Shown here: positions 28,934-39,054 of the stretch, in pieces
How positions within the stretch are numbered: the first letter of the stretch is position 1
How the letters are laid out: every line of letters begins with the position of its first letter
Translations under genes and position numbers: made by a program
Assembly: GCA_963708185.1 (NCBI GenBank)
Contig: OY970195.1
Coordinates: 736,001-800,000 of the forward strand
From: Candidatus Peregrinibacteria bacterium
GTDB lineage: Bacteria; Patescibacteriota; Gracilibacteria; UBA1369
Length of the DNA stretch: 64,000 nucleotides
Direction of reading: 5' to 3'
The notes under the pieces: model-generated
Told to the model about the DNA's origin: nothing
The model's database searches: none
What the model saw: the letters and a program-made list of their open reading frames with translations, nothing else

Positions 28934-29636
28934 GCGGCCCGGCCGTTTTATGGGACGGAACCAGTCGGGCATGATGACGTTCCTTGGCAACATGCTCCGG
29001 AGCTTTGTGCTGCCGGATCAAGGCTGTGTCTCTGGCTTCCTGACGTTTTACGAAGAGATATTTTCCCAACTTCCAGGCTATGAATGCCCCGACGATTGCG
29101 AAGAAAACGAAATTCAAGTCGCTGATGATCTTCCCGAGCAGGGCGAAGTTCGTTCCGATGTAGAATCCGACAAACGCGAAAAGTATCGCCCAGATCACCC
29201 CTCCGCTCAGATTGTAAAAGAAGAACGTAGGGTAAGCCATGTCGAAAATGCCAGCGAAAATCGCTGCGTAGGTGCGAAGTATGGCGGTAAAACGGCCAAT
29301 GAACACCGTCTTGTTGCCGTGATTTTTGAAAAATTTTTCCGCACGGTCGATGTGTTTATAGTGAAAAAGCGGGAACTTTTCAAACTTTTTGATAATTTTA
29401 CGTCCGAATTTCTTGCCGATGAAATACCCCACGTTGTCGCCAAGAATGGCGGTTAATGCTGCTATGAGCATGACGATGCCGAGGTTCAGGTGCCCCAATG
29501 ACGCGGCGACACCGCCCAGGATGAGCACCGTTTCCCCCGGAAAAGGCACGCCCATGCATTCCAGGAAAATACCGATACCCACAACCCAATAGCCGTACGT
29601 TCTGATGAGAGGTATGAGGAAGCGAAATTCTTCCAT
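28893..29636 (-). CDS. DedA family membrane protein
   Basis: PFPGE, GDNVGYFIG, FIGRF motifs. Confidence 0.92.
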   Translation of the reverse strand: MEEFRFLIPLIRTYGYWVVGIGIFLECMGVPFPGETVLILGGVAASLGHLNLGIVMLIAALTAILGDNVGYFIGKKFGRKIIKKFEKFPLFHYKHIDRAEKFFKNHGNKTVFIGRFTAILRTYAAIFAGIFDMAYPTFFFYNLSGGVIWAILFAFVGFYIGTNFALLGKIISDLNFVFFAIVGAFIAWKLGKYLFVKRQEARDTALIRQHKAPEHVAKERHHARLVPSHKTAGPLMNPQARQGPGPE

Positions 29637-29690
29637 AACTTTCTGGTTTGAGTGTGTTGAAAGGTGTCTATTTTGACATATTTTGCCTAT

Positions 29691-30449
29691 TTAGTCAATA
29701 TCATTCCTCCCCCTTTGAGCAATTTGATGAAGCCAATGAATCGCCCTTTCCTGATCGATAAAATAGGGCGAAGTGGCAAACGTGATGACCGAGGATTTTG
29801 GGATCAGTTGTTCAATAATCTCAAGTTTCAGATCGTTGCCGATGTAGTCGGAATCAGGAGCAAAAAAATCCAGGTCGATGTCCAAAATAAGATTTCGACC
29901 GGAGATTCCCCCGTCTTCTCCGGGGAGCGCAAGCTTTTCCTTCAAGGCTTTCAGACTGTATTCTGAATCCAGAAAAATGATATCTTTCACCAGTCCTATA
30001 TGCCGGGCGGCGGGAATAAAATTCCCGACGTTCAGTACCCTGTTGGTGTAGTCGAAGACTTTTTCAAGATCTTCAGCATCCACCGATTCGATAAACTTCT
30101 CGGGAATACGGGTATCCTTATGCTGGTCGATATGGATGAGCAGGGCATCGTTCTTCAGAGTTCCCAACTTTTTTTCGAGACACCAAAAGGCGAAGGCGTG
30201 ATTGTGGTTGTCAAAAATGTACACCGGAACAGTTCCGAAAGTCGTTTTGACGAATTCCTGCAGCCCTTTGCAGCTGTGCAGAATCCCGTCGTCGTCGAAA
30301 TCTTCGAAAACCACTTCCTGTCCGGGGCGGACATCGTTCACATTTCCTTCAACAAGTTGCGGGACATAAAGTTTCTTGTCGGGACGTTTTTCAAAGTTGA
30401 AGGCGTTGTTGGAGATTTTTTCCCTGATGTAAAAAGCTTTTTCGTACAT
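29691..30449 (-). CDS. UPF0489 family protein
   Basis: DNHNHA, IHIDQHKD, LDIDLDFF motifs. Confidence 0.75.
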   Translation of the reverse strand: MYEKAFYIREKISNNAFNFEKRPDKKLYVPQLVEGNVNDVRPGQEVVFEDFDDDGILHSCKGLQEFVKTTFGTVPVYIFDNHNHAFAFWCLEKKLGTLKNDALLIHIDQHKDTRIPEKFIESVDAEDLEKVFDYTNRVLNVGNFIPAARHIGLVKDIIFLDSEYSLKALKEKLALPGEDGGISGRNLILDIDLDFFAPDSDYIGNDLKLEIIEQLIPKSSVITFATSPYFIDQERAIHWLHQIAQRGRNDID

Positions 30450-30481
30450 GCTGGGGTATAATACTCAAAAAACATGCAATA

Positions 30482-30510
30482 CAAAACCCCCGATTTCGGC
30501 GGGGGCTTTG
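30482..30510 (-). terminator. Intrinsic terminator after secreted helical protein
   Basis: CAAAACCCCCG...CGGGGGCTTTG hairpin, T-tract on minus strand. Confidence 0.65.
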
Positions 30511-30538
30511 CAGCTTTTTCTCCTTGATGAAGAACTTC

Positions 30539-31306
30539 TTAACTCTGAGTGGTTGAAGTTGGGGTCGAATCTGCTCCCGGAGCGGCGTTGCGCAGCGCAT
30601 TGATGGCGTCTCTTGCGATCTGCCGGGCGGTGGTTACGGCGTTATGGAAAGAACTGAACGCCGTTTTAACTTCTTCCTTAAAGGTTTCGTGGGCCGCAGA
30701 ATGATCATCGCGAGTAGACTGGCGGGCCGAAGTCATAGTGTCATGGAATGCCTGTAAAGCCGCCTGTTTCTGATCCTGGGTTGCCGTGGAAGAACACAGG
30801 GTTGCCTTGAGCGTCGTCAGTGCGGACTGCAGGGCGTCTTTTTTGTCCTGAAGAAGCGGGTCGACCGATGAGCGGTAGGTGTTGAGTGCCGAATCCACCG
30901 CCGAACGGCGTGCGCTGCGAGCCGCATCGACGCTGGACTGGAAAGTGTTCACGATGGACTGGACCTGATCGCCGGACAAACCCTGGGTGTTCAATCTTTG
31001 CGTCAAATTATCCCGGCGGTTCGCGATACGAGTGTCCTGGTTCCGGCGAACATTCTGCAGCCTTGTGTCGTTCATTGCACGTCTATCCTCCATTTTGGTT
31101 TGGACATTCCCGACTCTTTGGTCGATTTTATCCTGAATATTCCCAAGTCCGTCCGTGCTGGCGCAGAGCTGTTGGACGAATGCCCCGGTTTTCGGGGCGG
31201 TTGTGGCTGTATTCTGGCTGTCGGTTCCCGCATCCATGGCGAATGCCGGGGCAGCCATGCTCACCAGGGCAAGGCCGGTAATGAGAGTTTTTGTTATTTT
31301 TTTCAT
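30539..31306 (-). CDS. Secreted alpha-helical/coiled-coil protein
   Basis: Signal peptide ending APAFA; Ala/Gln/Arg-rich helices; two Cys. Confidence 0.75.
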   Translation of the reverse strand: MKKITKTLITGLALVSMAAPAFAMDAGTDSQNTATTAPKTGAFVQQLCASTDGLGNIQDKIDQRVGNVQTKMEDRRAMNDTRLQNVRRNQDTRIANRRDNLTQRLNTQGLSGDQVQSIVNTFQSSVDAARSARRSAVDSALNTYRSSVDPLLQDKKDALQSALTTLKATLCSSTATQDQKQAALQAFHDTMTSARQSTRDDHSAAHETFKEEVKTAFSSFHNAVTTARQIARDAINALRNAAPGADSTPTSTTQS

Positions 31307-31350
31307 GATAAAGAAAAATTAAAGGGTGAGAACTGAGGAACAAGTTGTTC

Positions 31351-31376
31351 GACAGTAGAGTGCCCCCGGGGTTACA
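31351..31376 (-). promoter_or_regulatory. Candidate ECF-sigma promoter
   Basis: Minus strand TGTAAC-N16-TGTC, matching the motif upstream of the ECF sigma gene. Confidence 0.55.
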
Positions 31377-31407
31377 TGTTGTTTCACGATGGTTTCGATG
31401 CGCGATT

Positions 31408-33207
31408 TTAGCCGAACGTAAAAGTAAAGGCTTTGAGTCCCGGGGAGGTCACCTCAAGCATGAGCGTATGCCTGCTGTAATCATTCCCGGTATCTACAAG
31501 ATTGTAGAGCGCCGCCTTGTCGATGGTTACGGTGCCGTCGTCGGCGACATCGGAACCATAGTACTCTTTCGGCAGAGGTTTGCCGTCCAGATAGACCTTT
31601 GCGGTCACGGCCTTGTCCGTCTTGTCGGCGACGATGTTGATCTTGTTGGCTTGATAGTTCATATAAAGTTTGGCCGGAGTCGTCTTTGCCGTCACGTACT
31701 CTTTGGTGATTTCCCATTCGCCTCCGAGATAGAATTTATCGTTTTCGAACGAGGTCGGGTCGGTGAAACTCATGTAGGAATCAGGAATAAATTCCTGTTT
31801 GTTGCCGAAATTCTCGATGCGATTGTACCCGAGATACGTTTCGGAAGTCTGGATTTTATTGAAATCGATCTGCGGTGCGCTGACCGGCGTGACCTGTCCG
31901 ACCTGTTCGCCAAGAAGATCCTGGATGATCATTTCAGTTTCATCGTAGTTGCCTTCTCCGAAATGGGTGTACCGGATATAGCCGTCTTTATCGATGATGT
32001 ACTTCGCGGGCCAGTAATGGTTTCCGTAGGCGTTCCATGTGGCGTAATCGTTGTCCTGAACAACCGGGTATTCGATACCGAAATCCTTGACCGCTTTCTG
32101 GACGTTGGGAAGCTCTTTTTCGAAAGCGAATTCAGGAGTATGGACGCCGATGATGACGAGCCCTTTGTCCTTGTATTTGCCGTACCAGGTGTTCATGTAG
32201 GGAAGCGTGCGGATACAGTTGATGCAGCTGTAGGTCCAGAAATCGACGATGACCACTTTGCCCTTGAGGTCGGAAAGCTTGAGCGGCGAAGAGTTGATCC
32301 AGGCCTGGTTTCCGGTAAGTTCGGGTGCTTTGGTGCCCTTGGGCATGAGGAGTTTGTTGATCATGGCTTGCATGTCAGATGATGAATTTGAAGTTGGCGT
32401 TGAGTTTTCGGTCGAAGTCGTCTGGTTCGATGTTGTCGTTGATGTTCCATTAATGCCCGTCGTATCAACAAGGTGCTGTTCAAGATTGTTGAAATCGGGG
32501 AAGAGTCCGGCGAGGCTTGTGGAAAAAGTGGTATCGAGGCCGAAAGCGATGGCGACGACCCCCAGCAAGAGCAATACTCCGGAAATTTTCTGGATGAGGA
32601 TTCCTTTTTCCTTCAGAAATTTGAGGCGGGTCACGATGAAGTTTCCGCCGTAGGCGATGATGAGCATCGGCACGCCGGCCCCGAGAGAATAGGCCAGCAT
32701 GAGCAGCGTGACCTTTCCAACGTCCTGCTGTGTCGCGGCAAGGGTGAGGATGGCTCCCAAGATGGGGCCGGCACATGGTACCCAGACCAGTCCCAGTGAA
32801 GCTCCTACAAGAAAACCGTTGATAAGGCCTTTTTTCTTCTGAACCTGCTGTGCCGGCATCGCCGCCTCCTGTTTCGGGACGAACTTGTTGAAAAAGTTCT
32901 GGAGATGGAAAATTATCTTTTCAAAAACCGCGGGGAAAATCAGCGCAAATCCGAAAACGCCAAGGAATACCAGCGCGACGTTTCTGAGCGTGTTGTTCGA
33001 GAGGCCGAACAAATTCGTCACGTATTGAAAAATGAGCCCGAATCCGGTAAAACTCACCGTCAAACCGAGGACAATAAAAAAAGGCCTGAGCTTACTCTGC
33101 TGCTGGCCGATGGTGGATCCGAGAATGATTGGCAGTACGGCTAAAATACAAGGTGCGGCAATAGTGAGAAAGCCGCCGACAAAAGCAATGATGAAAAGTG
33201 AGGTCAT
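31408..33207 (-). CDS. dipZ: DipZ-like protein (CcdA/DsbD membrane domain + thioredoxin-like + C-terminal beta domain)
   Basis: APCILAVLP and PCAGPILG in TM domain; DFWTYSCINC, GVHTPEF, NHYWPA; AFTFTFG end. Confidence 0.88.
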   Translation of the reverse strand: MTSLFIIAFVGGFLTIAAPCILAVLPIILGSTIGQQQSKLRPFFIVLGLTVSFTGFGLIFQYVTNLFGLSNNTLRNVALVFLGVFGFALIFPAVFEKIIFHLQNFFNKFVPKQEAAMPAQQVQKKKGLINGFLVGASLGLVWVPCAGPILGAILTLAATQQDVGKVTLLMLAYSLGAGVPMLIIAYGGNFIVTRLKFLKEKGILIQKISGVLLLLGVVAIAFGLDTTFSTSLAGLFPDFNNLEQHLVDTTGINGTSTTTSNQTTSTENSTPTSNSSSDMQAMINKLLMPKGTKAPELTGNQAWINSSPLKLSDLKGKVVIVDFWTYSCINCIRTLPYMNTWYGKYKDKGLVIIGVHTPEFAFEKELPNVQKAVKDFGIEYPVVQDNDYATWNAYGNHYWPAKYIIDKDGYIRYTHFGEGNYDETEMIIQDLLGEQVGQVTPVSAPQIDFNKIQTSETYLGYNRIENFGNKQEFIPDSYMSFTDPTSFENDKFYLGGEWEITKEYVTAKTTPAKLYMNYQANKINIVADKTDKAVTAKVYLDGKPLPKEYYGSDVADDGTVTIDKAALYNLVDTGNDYSRHTLMLEVTSPGLKAFTFTFG

Positions 33208-33351
33208 GTTTGTTTATTGAATGGTTATTTTACTTTTCACAGTGTACCTGATTTTGAGGGATGACGGAAATATTTCAGCCTCAACCTCCTATTCGATTTC
33301 AGAGATCTTTTGTGGTATAATAGGTGGAAATAGAAAGTAACCCATATTTTC

Positions 33352-34755
33352 ATGAAACTTCAATCTTTTGGTGCGGCCCGTGAAGTAACGGGCTGAAGAC
33401 ATCTTTTAGAGGTCAACGGGAAAAAGATTTTCCTGGATTTCGGAATGTTCCAGGGACGGCGCAAGGAAGCCGATGCAAAGAACAGGGATTTTCCCGTTGA
33501 TGCATCAAAAATCGATGCCGTGATTCTTTCTCACGCCCACATTGATCACAGCGGTTGTCTGCCGTTGCTGGTGAAGAAAGGCTACCGCGGACCGATCTAT
33601 TCCACCTTTGCCACCCGCGATTTGTGCAACTACATGCTCATGGACAGCGCATATATTCAGGAAAAGGATGCAGAATACATGGAAAAAAGAATGAAAAAGA
33701 AGGGTGGCAAGAAGCCGATGGAACCCCTGTATACCGTCGAAGACGCCCAACGCTGTCTCGGCCAGTTTTACGGCGTGGGCTACGAACGCGCTTTTGTCGT
33801 CACCGACGGCGTGGTCTGTTCTTTATACGATGCCGGACATATTCTCGGCTCATCCCAGATTCACCTCGTCGTGTATGAAAAAGAGACGAAAAAACGTTAT
33901 ACTTTCGCGTTTACCGGTGATCTCGGACGCAAGAACCTTCCGATTCTGCGCGACCCGCAGGTTCTCCCAAAAACCGATTACCTGATGATTGAAAGCACCT
34001 ACGGCGACCGTTTCCACGAATCGATCCTCGACACCGAGAAAAGGCTTGAGGAAGTCGTCAATCGTACCGTAAAACGCGGCGGAAAAATCATTATTCCGGC
34101 TTTTTCGGTCGAACGCACCCAGGAGATCGTCTACAACCTCAACATGCTCTGGCAGAAGAAAAGAATCCCGGATCTTCCGATTTTCGTGGACAGTCCTTTG
34201 TCGGCGAATGTCACAGAAGTCTTCATGAACCATCCCGAATGTTTCGACAAGGAAACCTTCATGGAGTTCGTAAACAACCGCAAGAATCCTTTCGGTTTCG
34301 GAAAGCTTCAGTACACACATTCGGTTGAAGAGTCCAAAGCTCTCAATAATTCCAAAACCCCATGTGTTATCATTTCGGCTTCGGGAATGTGTGAAAACGG
34401 CCGTATCCTCCATCATCTGCGCAACAACATCAGCGACCCCCGAAACACCATCATGATCGTGGGATATATGGCAAAAGACACCTTGGGCCGCAAGATCGAG
34501 GATAAGCAGTCCGTGGTCAATATTTTCGGCGAACCCCACCATTTGCGAGCCGAAGTCGTCGTCATGGACGCATTCTCCGCCCACGCCGACCGCAGCGATC
34601 TTCTCGATTACATCAGCAGGGTCAAAGGCGTCAAGAAACTGTTCCTGGTTCACGGTGAAGAGGAACAGCAGGAGAAGTTCAAAGAATATCTCGGAGAAAG
34701 CGGATATAAAGACGTCACCATCAATACTCCCGGGGAAAGTTACGAGATCGGCTAG
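33352..34755 (+). CDS. MBL-fold/beta-CASP ribonuclease with an in-frame TGA at codon 15
   Basis: [20 protein letters not shown] is in frame with ORF 33445; SHAHIDHSG, AGHILGS, TGD, ESTYG, FSAHAD, VHGE. Confidence 0.88.
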
Positions 34756-34792
34756 TTTTTTTCGGGGTTTTCCGGAGCGTGGCCGGGCACTC

Positions 34793-34821
34793 TTGAAAGC
34801 GGAACAAAATCACGGTATCAT
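34793..34821 (+). promoter_or_regulatory. sigma70 promoter of tRNA-Gly(TCC)
   Basis: TTGAAA-N17-TATCAT. Confidence 0.55.
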
Positions 34822-34887
34822 GGCTCTGCTTTCCAAACAATCTCTGACAAAGGAAGCGATTTTATTCAGTCAGTAAGCCAAAAACAG

Positions 34888-34961
34888 GCGGGTGTAGTAT
34901 AATGGTATTATGACAGCTTTCCAAGCTGAAGACAGGGGTTCGATTCCCCTCACCCGCTCCA
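34888..34961 (+). tRNA. tRNA-Gly (anticodon TCC)
   Basis: GCGGGTG...CACCCGC-TCCA acceptor, anticodon loop TTTCCAA, GGTTCGATTCC T-arm. Confidence 0.95.
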
Positions 34962-35017
34962 TTGACATATTTACTAAAATATGTTATTTTAGTGATCTGT
35001 TTTTCATTTGATGGTTT

Positions 35018-35858
35018 ATGAATGTGAAATCTTTTGTACTTGGAACAGCTCTTACTTTTAAGCGGTTGTGAGCACGCGACCCAAATATCCACTTCTCATC
35101 CACAGGGTTTTGTTCAGGATCAACACGTGCAAATGAAGGATGGTGTCGAAACTGATGCCCGACAATTGGCGAAAGAAAAAGAGCAGCATGCCGCACTGAG
35201 AGCTGAGGATGAAAAAATAAGCGATGAAATTCATGGTTTACGATTTCGTGGAAGTCATAAATTGCAGGTTTGTATGGGTGAAAACAATGATCTTTTCAAA
35301 AAAAGTTTTGCATTGCTCGAGAAAAAGGTATCCCATGAGGAAATACGTTCATGTGCTGCAAACGAGGCAGAAAAACAATCCATTGATGATTGCGTTGATG
35401 AGATTTTTTTGCGCCGTGGTTCAGTCCGCGAACTTATTGAATATTATTTGCCAATGGTTGAGGCTGAAAAAAAGGTTGTGGCTTGCGTAAAAGATGATAA
35501 GCGTTGGGATCCGGCGATAGATGATGAGGATTTTAACGGCAGTCTTAATGTTCAACATCCTGATCCTGATATTCGCGAACGTATTCAAAAATATTCGAAT
35601 CTTTCCGAAAAAGGTCGCAAGATTTTTGAATATATAAGGACAAAAAAAGGAAGTGAAAAGGCCTGGAATATGCTTAGAAACTGTGATGCCCAACCTGCAA
35701 TCTCTCAGTGTTCACAACAACAGGAAGAACTCCTGCAACTTTTTCGGACAAAAGGCAAAAAGCAAAATTATCTCGATTATCTTGAGCAGATGATCACATG
35801 TCAGGTTCTTGATAACGAATGTATGGAAGCGAAACGTCCCGCGAAAAGCTCTAAATAA
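35018..35858 (+). CDS. Cys-rich putative lipoprotein with an apparent +1 frameshift in its signal peptide
   Basis: Removing one T at 35056-35059 gives MNVKSFVLGTALTLSGC (lipobox) fused to ORF 35034-35858; visibly AT-richer than flanks. Confidence 0.6.
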
Positions 35859-35905
35859 TATATTTTCGTACTTCGTTCACCAGGGAGCTCCAGGATTTAG
35901 CATAA

Positions 35906-35950
35906 TCAAAACAAACGCATAACGTCAACGAACGGATGCGTCTGTTTTGA
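35906..35950. terminator. Hairpin between convergent genes
   Basis: TCAAAACA-A-ACGCAT ... ATGCGT-C-TGTTTTGA inverted repeat. Confidence 0.5.
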
Positions 35951-35965
35951 ATAGTTCACAATTTC

Positions 35966-36490
35966 TTAACGTTTAATTCCAAAGATCCTGTCGCTTTCCT
36001 GCTGCATGAGTGTTTTGAATTTCATCGACAATTCAGGGTTGAAGCGTTGTTGCATTTCCGCCGGAAGATTCGGGTCGGAAGAGACGACAGGCGTCCAGTA
36101 GTTTTCGCATTCCAGCCACTGGCCGTTGGTGAATCCGTTCTGCTGGAGAACGACGTTGAAATCGATCTGCTTGTTCGGGTCCGCAGGGTCCTTGAGGTAC
36201 GCCATTTCTGCGTGGACTTTGGTGTAGACCTCGAGCGTGCAGGGTTCTTTGCCGCCGCGTGCCTTGGCCTGAGCCGTCTGAAGAAGCGGCATGAATGCCA
36301 TGGCCGTTTTGCCCATATCCGAAGGATCCATCATTTTTTTGGTGAAGCCGTCTTTGGCCGCGCGCCAGTCGGCGGCTGTGACGCCGTTTGCTTCGGCGAT
36401 TGAATCCTGTTTTGCTTCATCCGTGACGTCGGACATCAACGCGCAAAGTTCAGCGTATTTTTCCAGGGTAACATTATTGATTGCGTCCAT
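35966..36490 (-). CDS. Hypothetical protein with two tandem helical repeats (DUF6620-like)
   Basis: TLEKYA..M..NGVTAADW and TLEVYT..M..NGFTNGQW internal repeat. Confidence 0.65.
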   Translation of the reverse strand: MDAINNVTLEKYAELCALMSDVTDEAKQDSIAEANGVTAADWRAAKDGFTKKMMDPSDMGKTAMAFMPLLQTAQAKARGGKEPCTLEVYTKVHAEMAYLKDPADPNKQIDFNVVLQQNGFTNGQWLECENYWTPVVSSDPNLPAEMQQRFNPELSMKFKTLMQQESDRIFGIKR

Positions 36491-36646
36491 CGTAAAAAAA
36501 ATTAAGGGGTAATGTTGACCCGCGCAGTATAAAAGTTTTTCAAGAAATTAGGCAAGCGTTTCCCTGATCAGTACGGTCACGGGTGGCCCAGGGATGCAAA
36601 AACCCACATTTAATGATACAATATAAAGAGTAGATAAAATTTTCTT

Positions 36647-37699
36647 ATGGATGCCATTCTCCAAGCCATAAAGTCTAATCCTTATTACCTCCCCGGAGCC
36701 ATTATTCTCTGTGGAATCCTTCTCGGCTGGTTTTTCCAGAAGGTCGTGAAGGTCAAGCTGAAAAAAATAAGCGAAAAGACGGCCTGGCAGGGTGATGACA
36801 TCATCATCCAGGGCATCGGGCAGGCGCCGGTCCTATGGTTTTTGCTCCTGGGATTTTATGCCGCATCTTTTTCCCTCCCGTTCATCGACGGGTATGAAGA
36901 TCTCGTTCGCGAGGGACTGTTTGTGGTTTTTGTGATATCGCTTTCGGTGGTTTGTTCAAGAATCTCCGTTCTCTTCATTCACGCGCACGCCAGGAAGCAA
37001 AAAGGGCTGCTTCAGTCCACTTCGATGTTCAGCGCTCTGACGAGGCTGGTCATTTACCTCCTTGGAACACTGGTAGTCCTGCAAACGTTCAATATTTCGA
37101 TCCTTCCTTTCATTACCGCCCTCGGCGTTGGAGGTTTGGCGGTCGCTCTGGCCCTGCAGGAAACCCTGACCAATCTTTTTGCTGGTCTTCACATCATTGC
37201 CACGCGCAAGCTGCATCCAGGCGACTTCGTGGAACTCGACAGCGGACAGTCAGGTTTCATCCAGGATATTTCATGGCGCAATACCACGATCCAGACACTT
37301 TCCAACAACCTGATCGTCGTTCCGAACGCCAAGATGGCTTCAGCCATCCTTACGAACTACACACGTCCCCAAAACGAAATGTCGGTCCTCGTAGCGGTTT
37401 CCGTGAGTTATGACAGCGATCTTGGCCACGTGGAAAAAGTCGTCAACGATGTGGCGTCGGAAATCCTGAAAAAAGTGACCGGCGGCGTGCCGACGTTTGA
37501 ACCTTTCATCCGCTACGGTGGATTCGGCGATTCGAGCATCAATTTCAACGTGATTCTGCGAGTGACCGATTACGTGAGCCAGTACCTCATCAAACACGAA
37601 TTCATCAAGGCTCTTCACAAACGTTTCAAGGAAGAAGGCATTGAAATTCCGTTCCCACAAAGGGATATTCATATCAAGGAATCTTTTCAAAAAGACTAA
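36647..37699 (+). CDS. Small-conductance mechanosensitive channel, MscS family
   Basis: ALGVGGLAVALALQETLTN, PGDFV, VPNA, GIEIPFPQRD. Confidence 0.93.
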   Translation: MDAILQAIKSNPYYLPGAIILCGILLGWFFQKVVKVKLKKISEKTAWQGDDIIIQGIGQAPVLWFLLLGFYAASFSLPFIDGYEDLVREGLFVVFVISLSVVCSRISVLFIHAHARKQKGLLQSTSMFSALTRLVIYLLGTLVVLQTFNISILPFITALGVGGLAVALALQETLTNLFAGLHIIATRKLHPGDFVELDSGQSGFIQDISWRNTTIQTLSNNLIVVPNAKMASAILTNYTRPQNEMSVLVAVSVSYDSDLGHVEKVVNDVASEILKKVTGGVPTFEPFIRYGGFGDSSINFNVILRVTDYVSQYLIKHEFIKALHKRFKEEGIEIPFPQRDIHIKESFQKD

Positions 37700-37700
37700 C

Positions 37701-38045
37701 GTGAATATTTTACGGATGAAGGCCGGGACACAGGTCATGATCGGAGCGCCGGCGCAGCCCATGGAAGCGGAGCGACTTGAAGCCCTCCGTTCTTTATTGA
37801 ACGGCGAAGAGGCCATTGCTGAAGCACACCTTCCGCAGATGTTCGCCCCCGGAGCCATGAACGCTCCCGGAAAAGTGCTGGTTGTCATCCTCAAGCCGGA
37901 CGCGGTCGTTGAAACCGTCATGGAGCGCCTGGACGAAGGTCTGAAAAAAATTCTCGGTGACAATGAATACCTCGACGTCCTCCCCGTCTCGCACAACAAC
38001 CCACTGCTTGAGGACTTCAGAAACGTGCAGTGCAGACTGAAATAG
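37701..38045 (+). CDS. Small protein, SseB C-terminal domain-like
   Basis: GTQVMIGAP...IAEAHL...YLDV pattern; directly follows the MscS-family gene. Confidence 0.55.
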   Translation: MNILRMKAGTQVMIGAPAQPMEAERLEALRSLLNGEEAIAEAHLPQMFAPGAMNAPGKVLVVILKPDAVVETVMERLDEGLKKILGDNEYLDVLPVSHNNPLLEDFRNVQCRLK

Positions 38046-38067
38046 CACCTTTTGAGGTTTGATGTCT

Positions 38068-39054
38068 TTACGTTGAGCTCTGCTGCGTCGTTGTCGTTGG
38101 AGCCGGTTCGACGAGTAAGAGCGAACCGTTTGTCGTGCTGTCGGATCGTATTTCGAGCGTGGAACCGGACGCGGCGGCGTCAGTGGAAGAACTGTCGGTC
38201 ACTGCGGTATCCGTCGTCGATGGTTCAACGGCTTCGGTGGTTCCAACGGCAGGAGCGATTCCCGTCTCTGTCACCGAAGTAACCTCCGGAAGAGCCTCAA
38301 CGGTTGTTTGCTGGGTTTCCTGTGTTTGCTGCTGTGTGACCTCCATCAAGACTTCGGGAGTATTGATTCTCAGGAGAGCGGGCTTGGAAGTTTCATTTGG
38401 TGATGGTACGGGTTTTGTTTCATCGTTATTTTTCGATTCATCTCCGATTTTTCCATTTTTTTCATTGAGATGGTTCTTCAACGTGGAAAGTATCTGCTGG
38501 CGGGATTGGATTGAAGCATTGAAATCGGTATTTATCTTGAGAGCCGTTTTGTCATTACTGTCTTTTTTCATTGAAGAGATGTCCCGGTTGAAGTTGTTTG
38601 ATTGTTCATCGAAACGGACAGAAATTTCACTGCTCAGTTTGGCATCGAGCCTGTTCTCTTTGGCGAGCGTCTCGGCCTCATCCAGTCTCTTCAAAGCGAA
38701 AACGGCTTCAAGCTGGGCTTTTTGTTCCGTGGAAAAGGCAAGGGTGGTCTGAACCTTTTCAATGACGTCAACTTTGAGCGGGTATAACGCATCACCGGGT
38801 AATGCTCCCTGTGCTGCGAAGACGACCCCGGTTCCTGCAAGAACCGCTATCAGTCCTCCGACGGAAGCTGACCGGACCCATCCCATCGCACCGTGGCGGA
38901 ACAGCCTTTTTTCAGCATGCAACCCGGGCGTATTGACCGCTTTTTCCATAAACCTGACCAGTTCGGCCCTGTGGCTGTCTTTTTCAGCCTGAGACAGCTG
39001 GATTTTTTGGGCGTTTTTGCCCAAATCTTTGAGGATTTTTTCTGGATCAGTCAT
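38068..39054 (-). CDS. Putative membrane anti-sigma factor with DUF5667 domain
   Basis: Start overlaps sigma stop; TM followed by ALPGDALYPLK...KRLDEA; Thr-rich tail. Confidence 0.78.
   Translation of the reverse strand: MTDPEKILKDLGKNAQKIQLSQAEKDSHRAELVRFMEKAVNTPGLHAEKRLFRHGAMGWVRSASVGGLIAVLAGTGVVFAAQGALPGDALYPLKVDVIEKVQTTLAFSTEQKAQLEAVFALKRLDEAETLAKENRLDAKLSSEISVRFDEQSNNFNRDISSMKKDSNDKTALKINTDFNASIQSRQQILSTLKNHLNEKNGKIGDESKNNDETKPVPSPNETSKPALLRINTPEVLMEVTQQQTQETQQTTVEALPEVTSVTETGIAPAVGTTEAVEPSTTDTAVTDSSSTDAAASGSTLEIRSDSTTNGSLLLVEPAPTTTTQQSST

Noticed and set aside
33394-33440. Selenocysteine at the MBL RNase TGA
   Set aside because: The position is a conserved Ser rather than Cys, downstream hairpins are weak and not SECIS-like, and no sel genes are in the window
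34822-34887. ncRNA in the tRNA-Gly(TCC) leader
   Set aside because: Only short alternative pairings; no family recognisable
34940-35965. att-site duplication marking an integrated island at tRNA-Gly
   Set aside because: No repeat of the tRNA 3' end was found downstream by eye and there is no integrase
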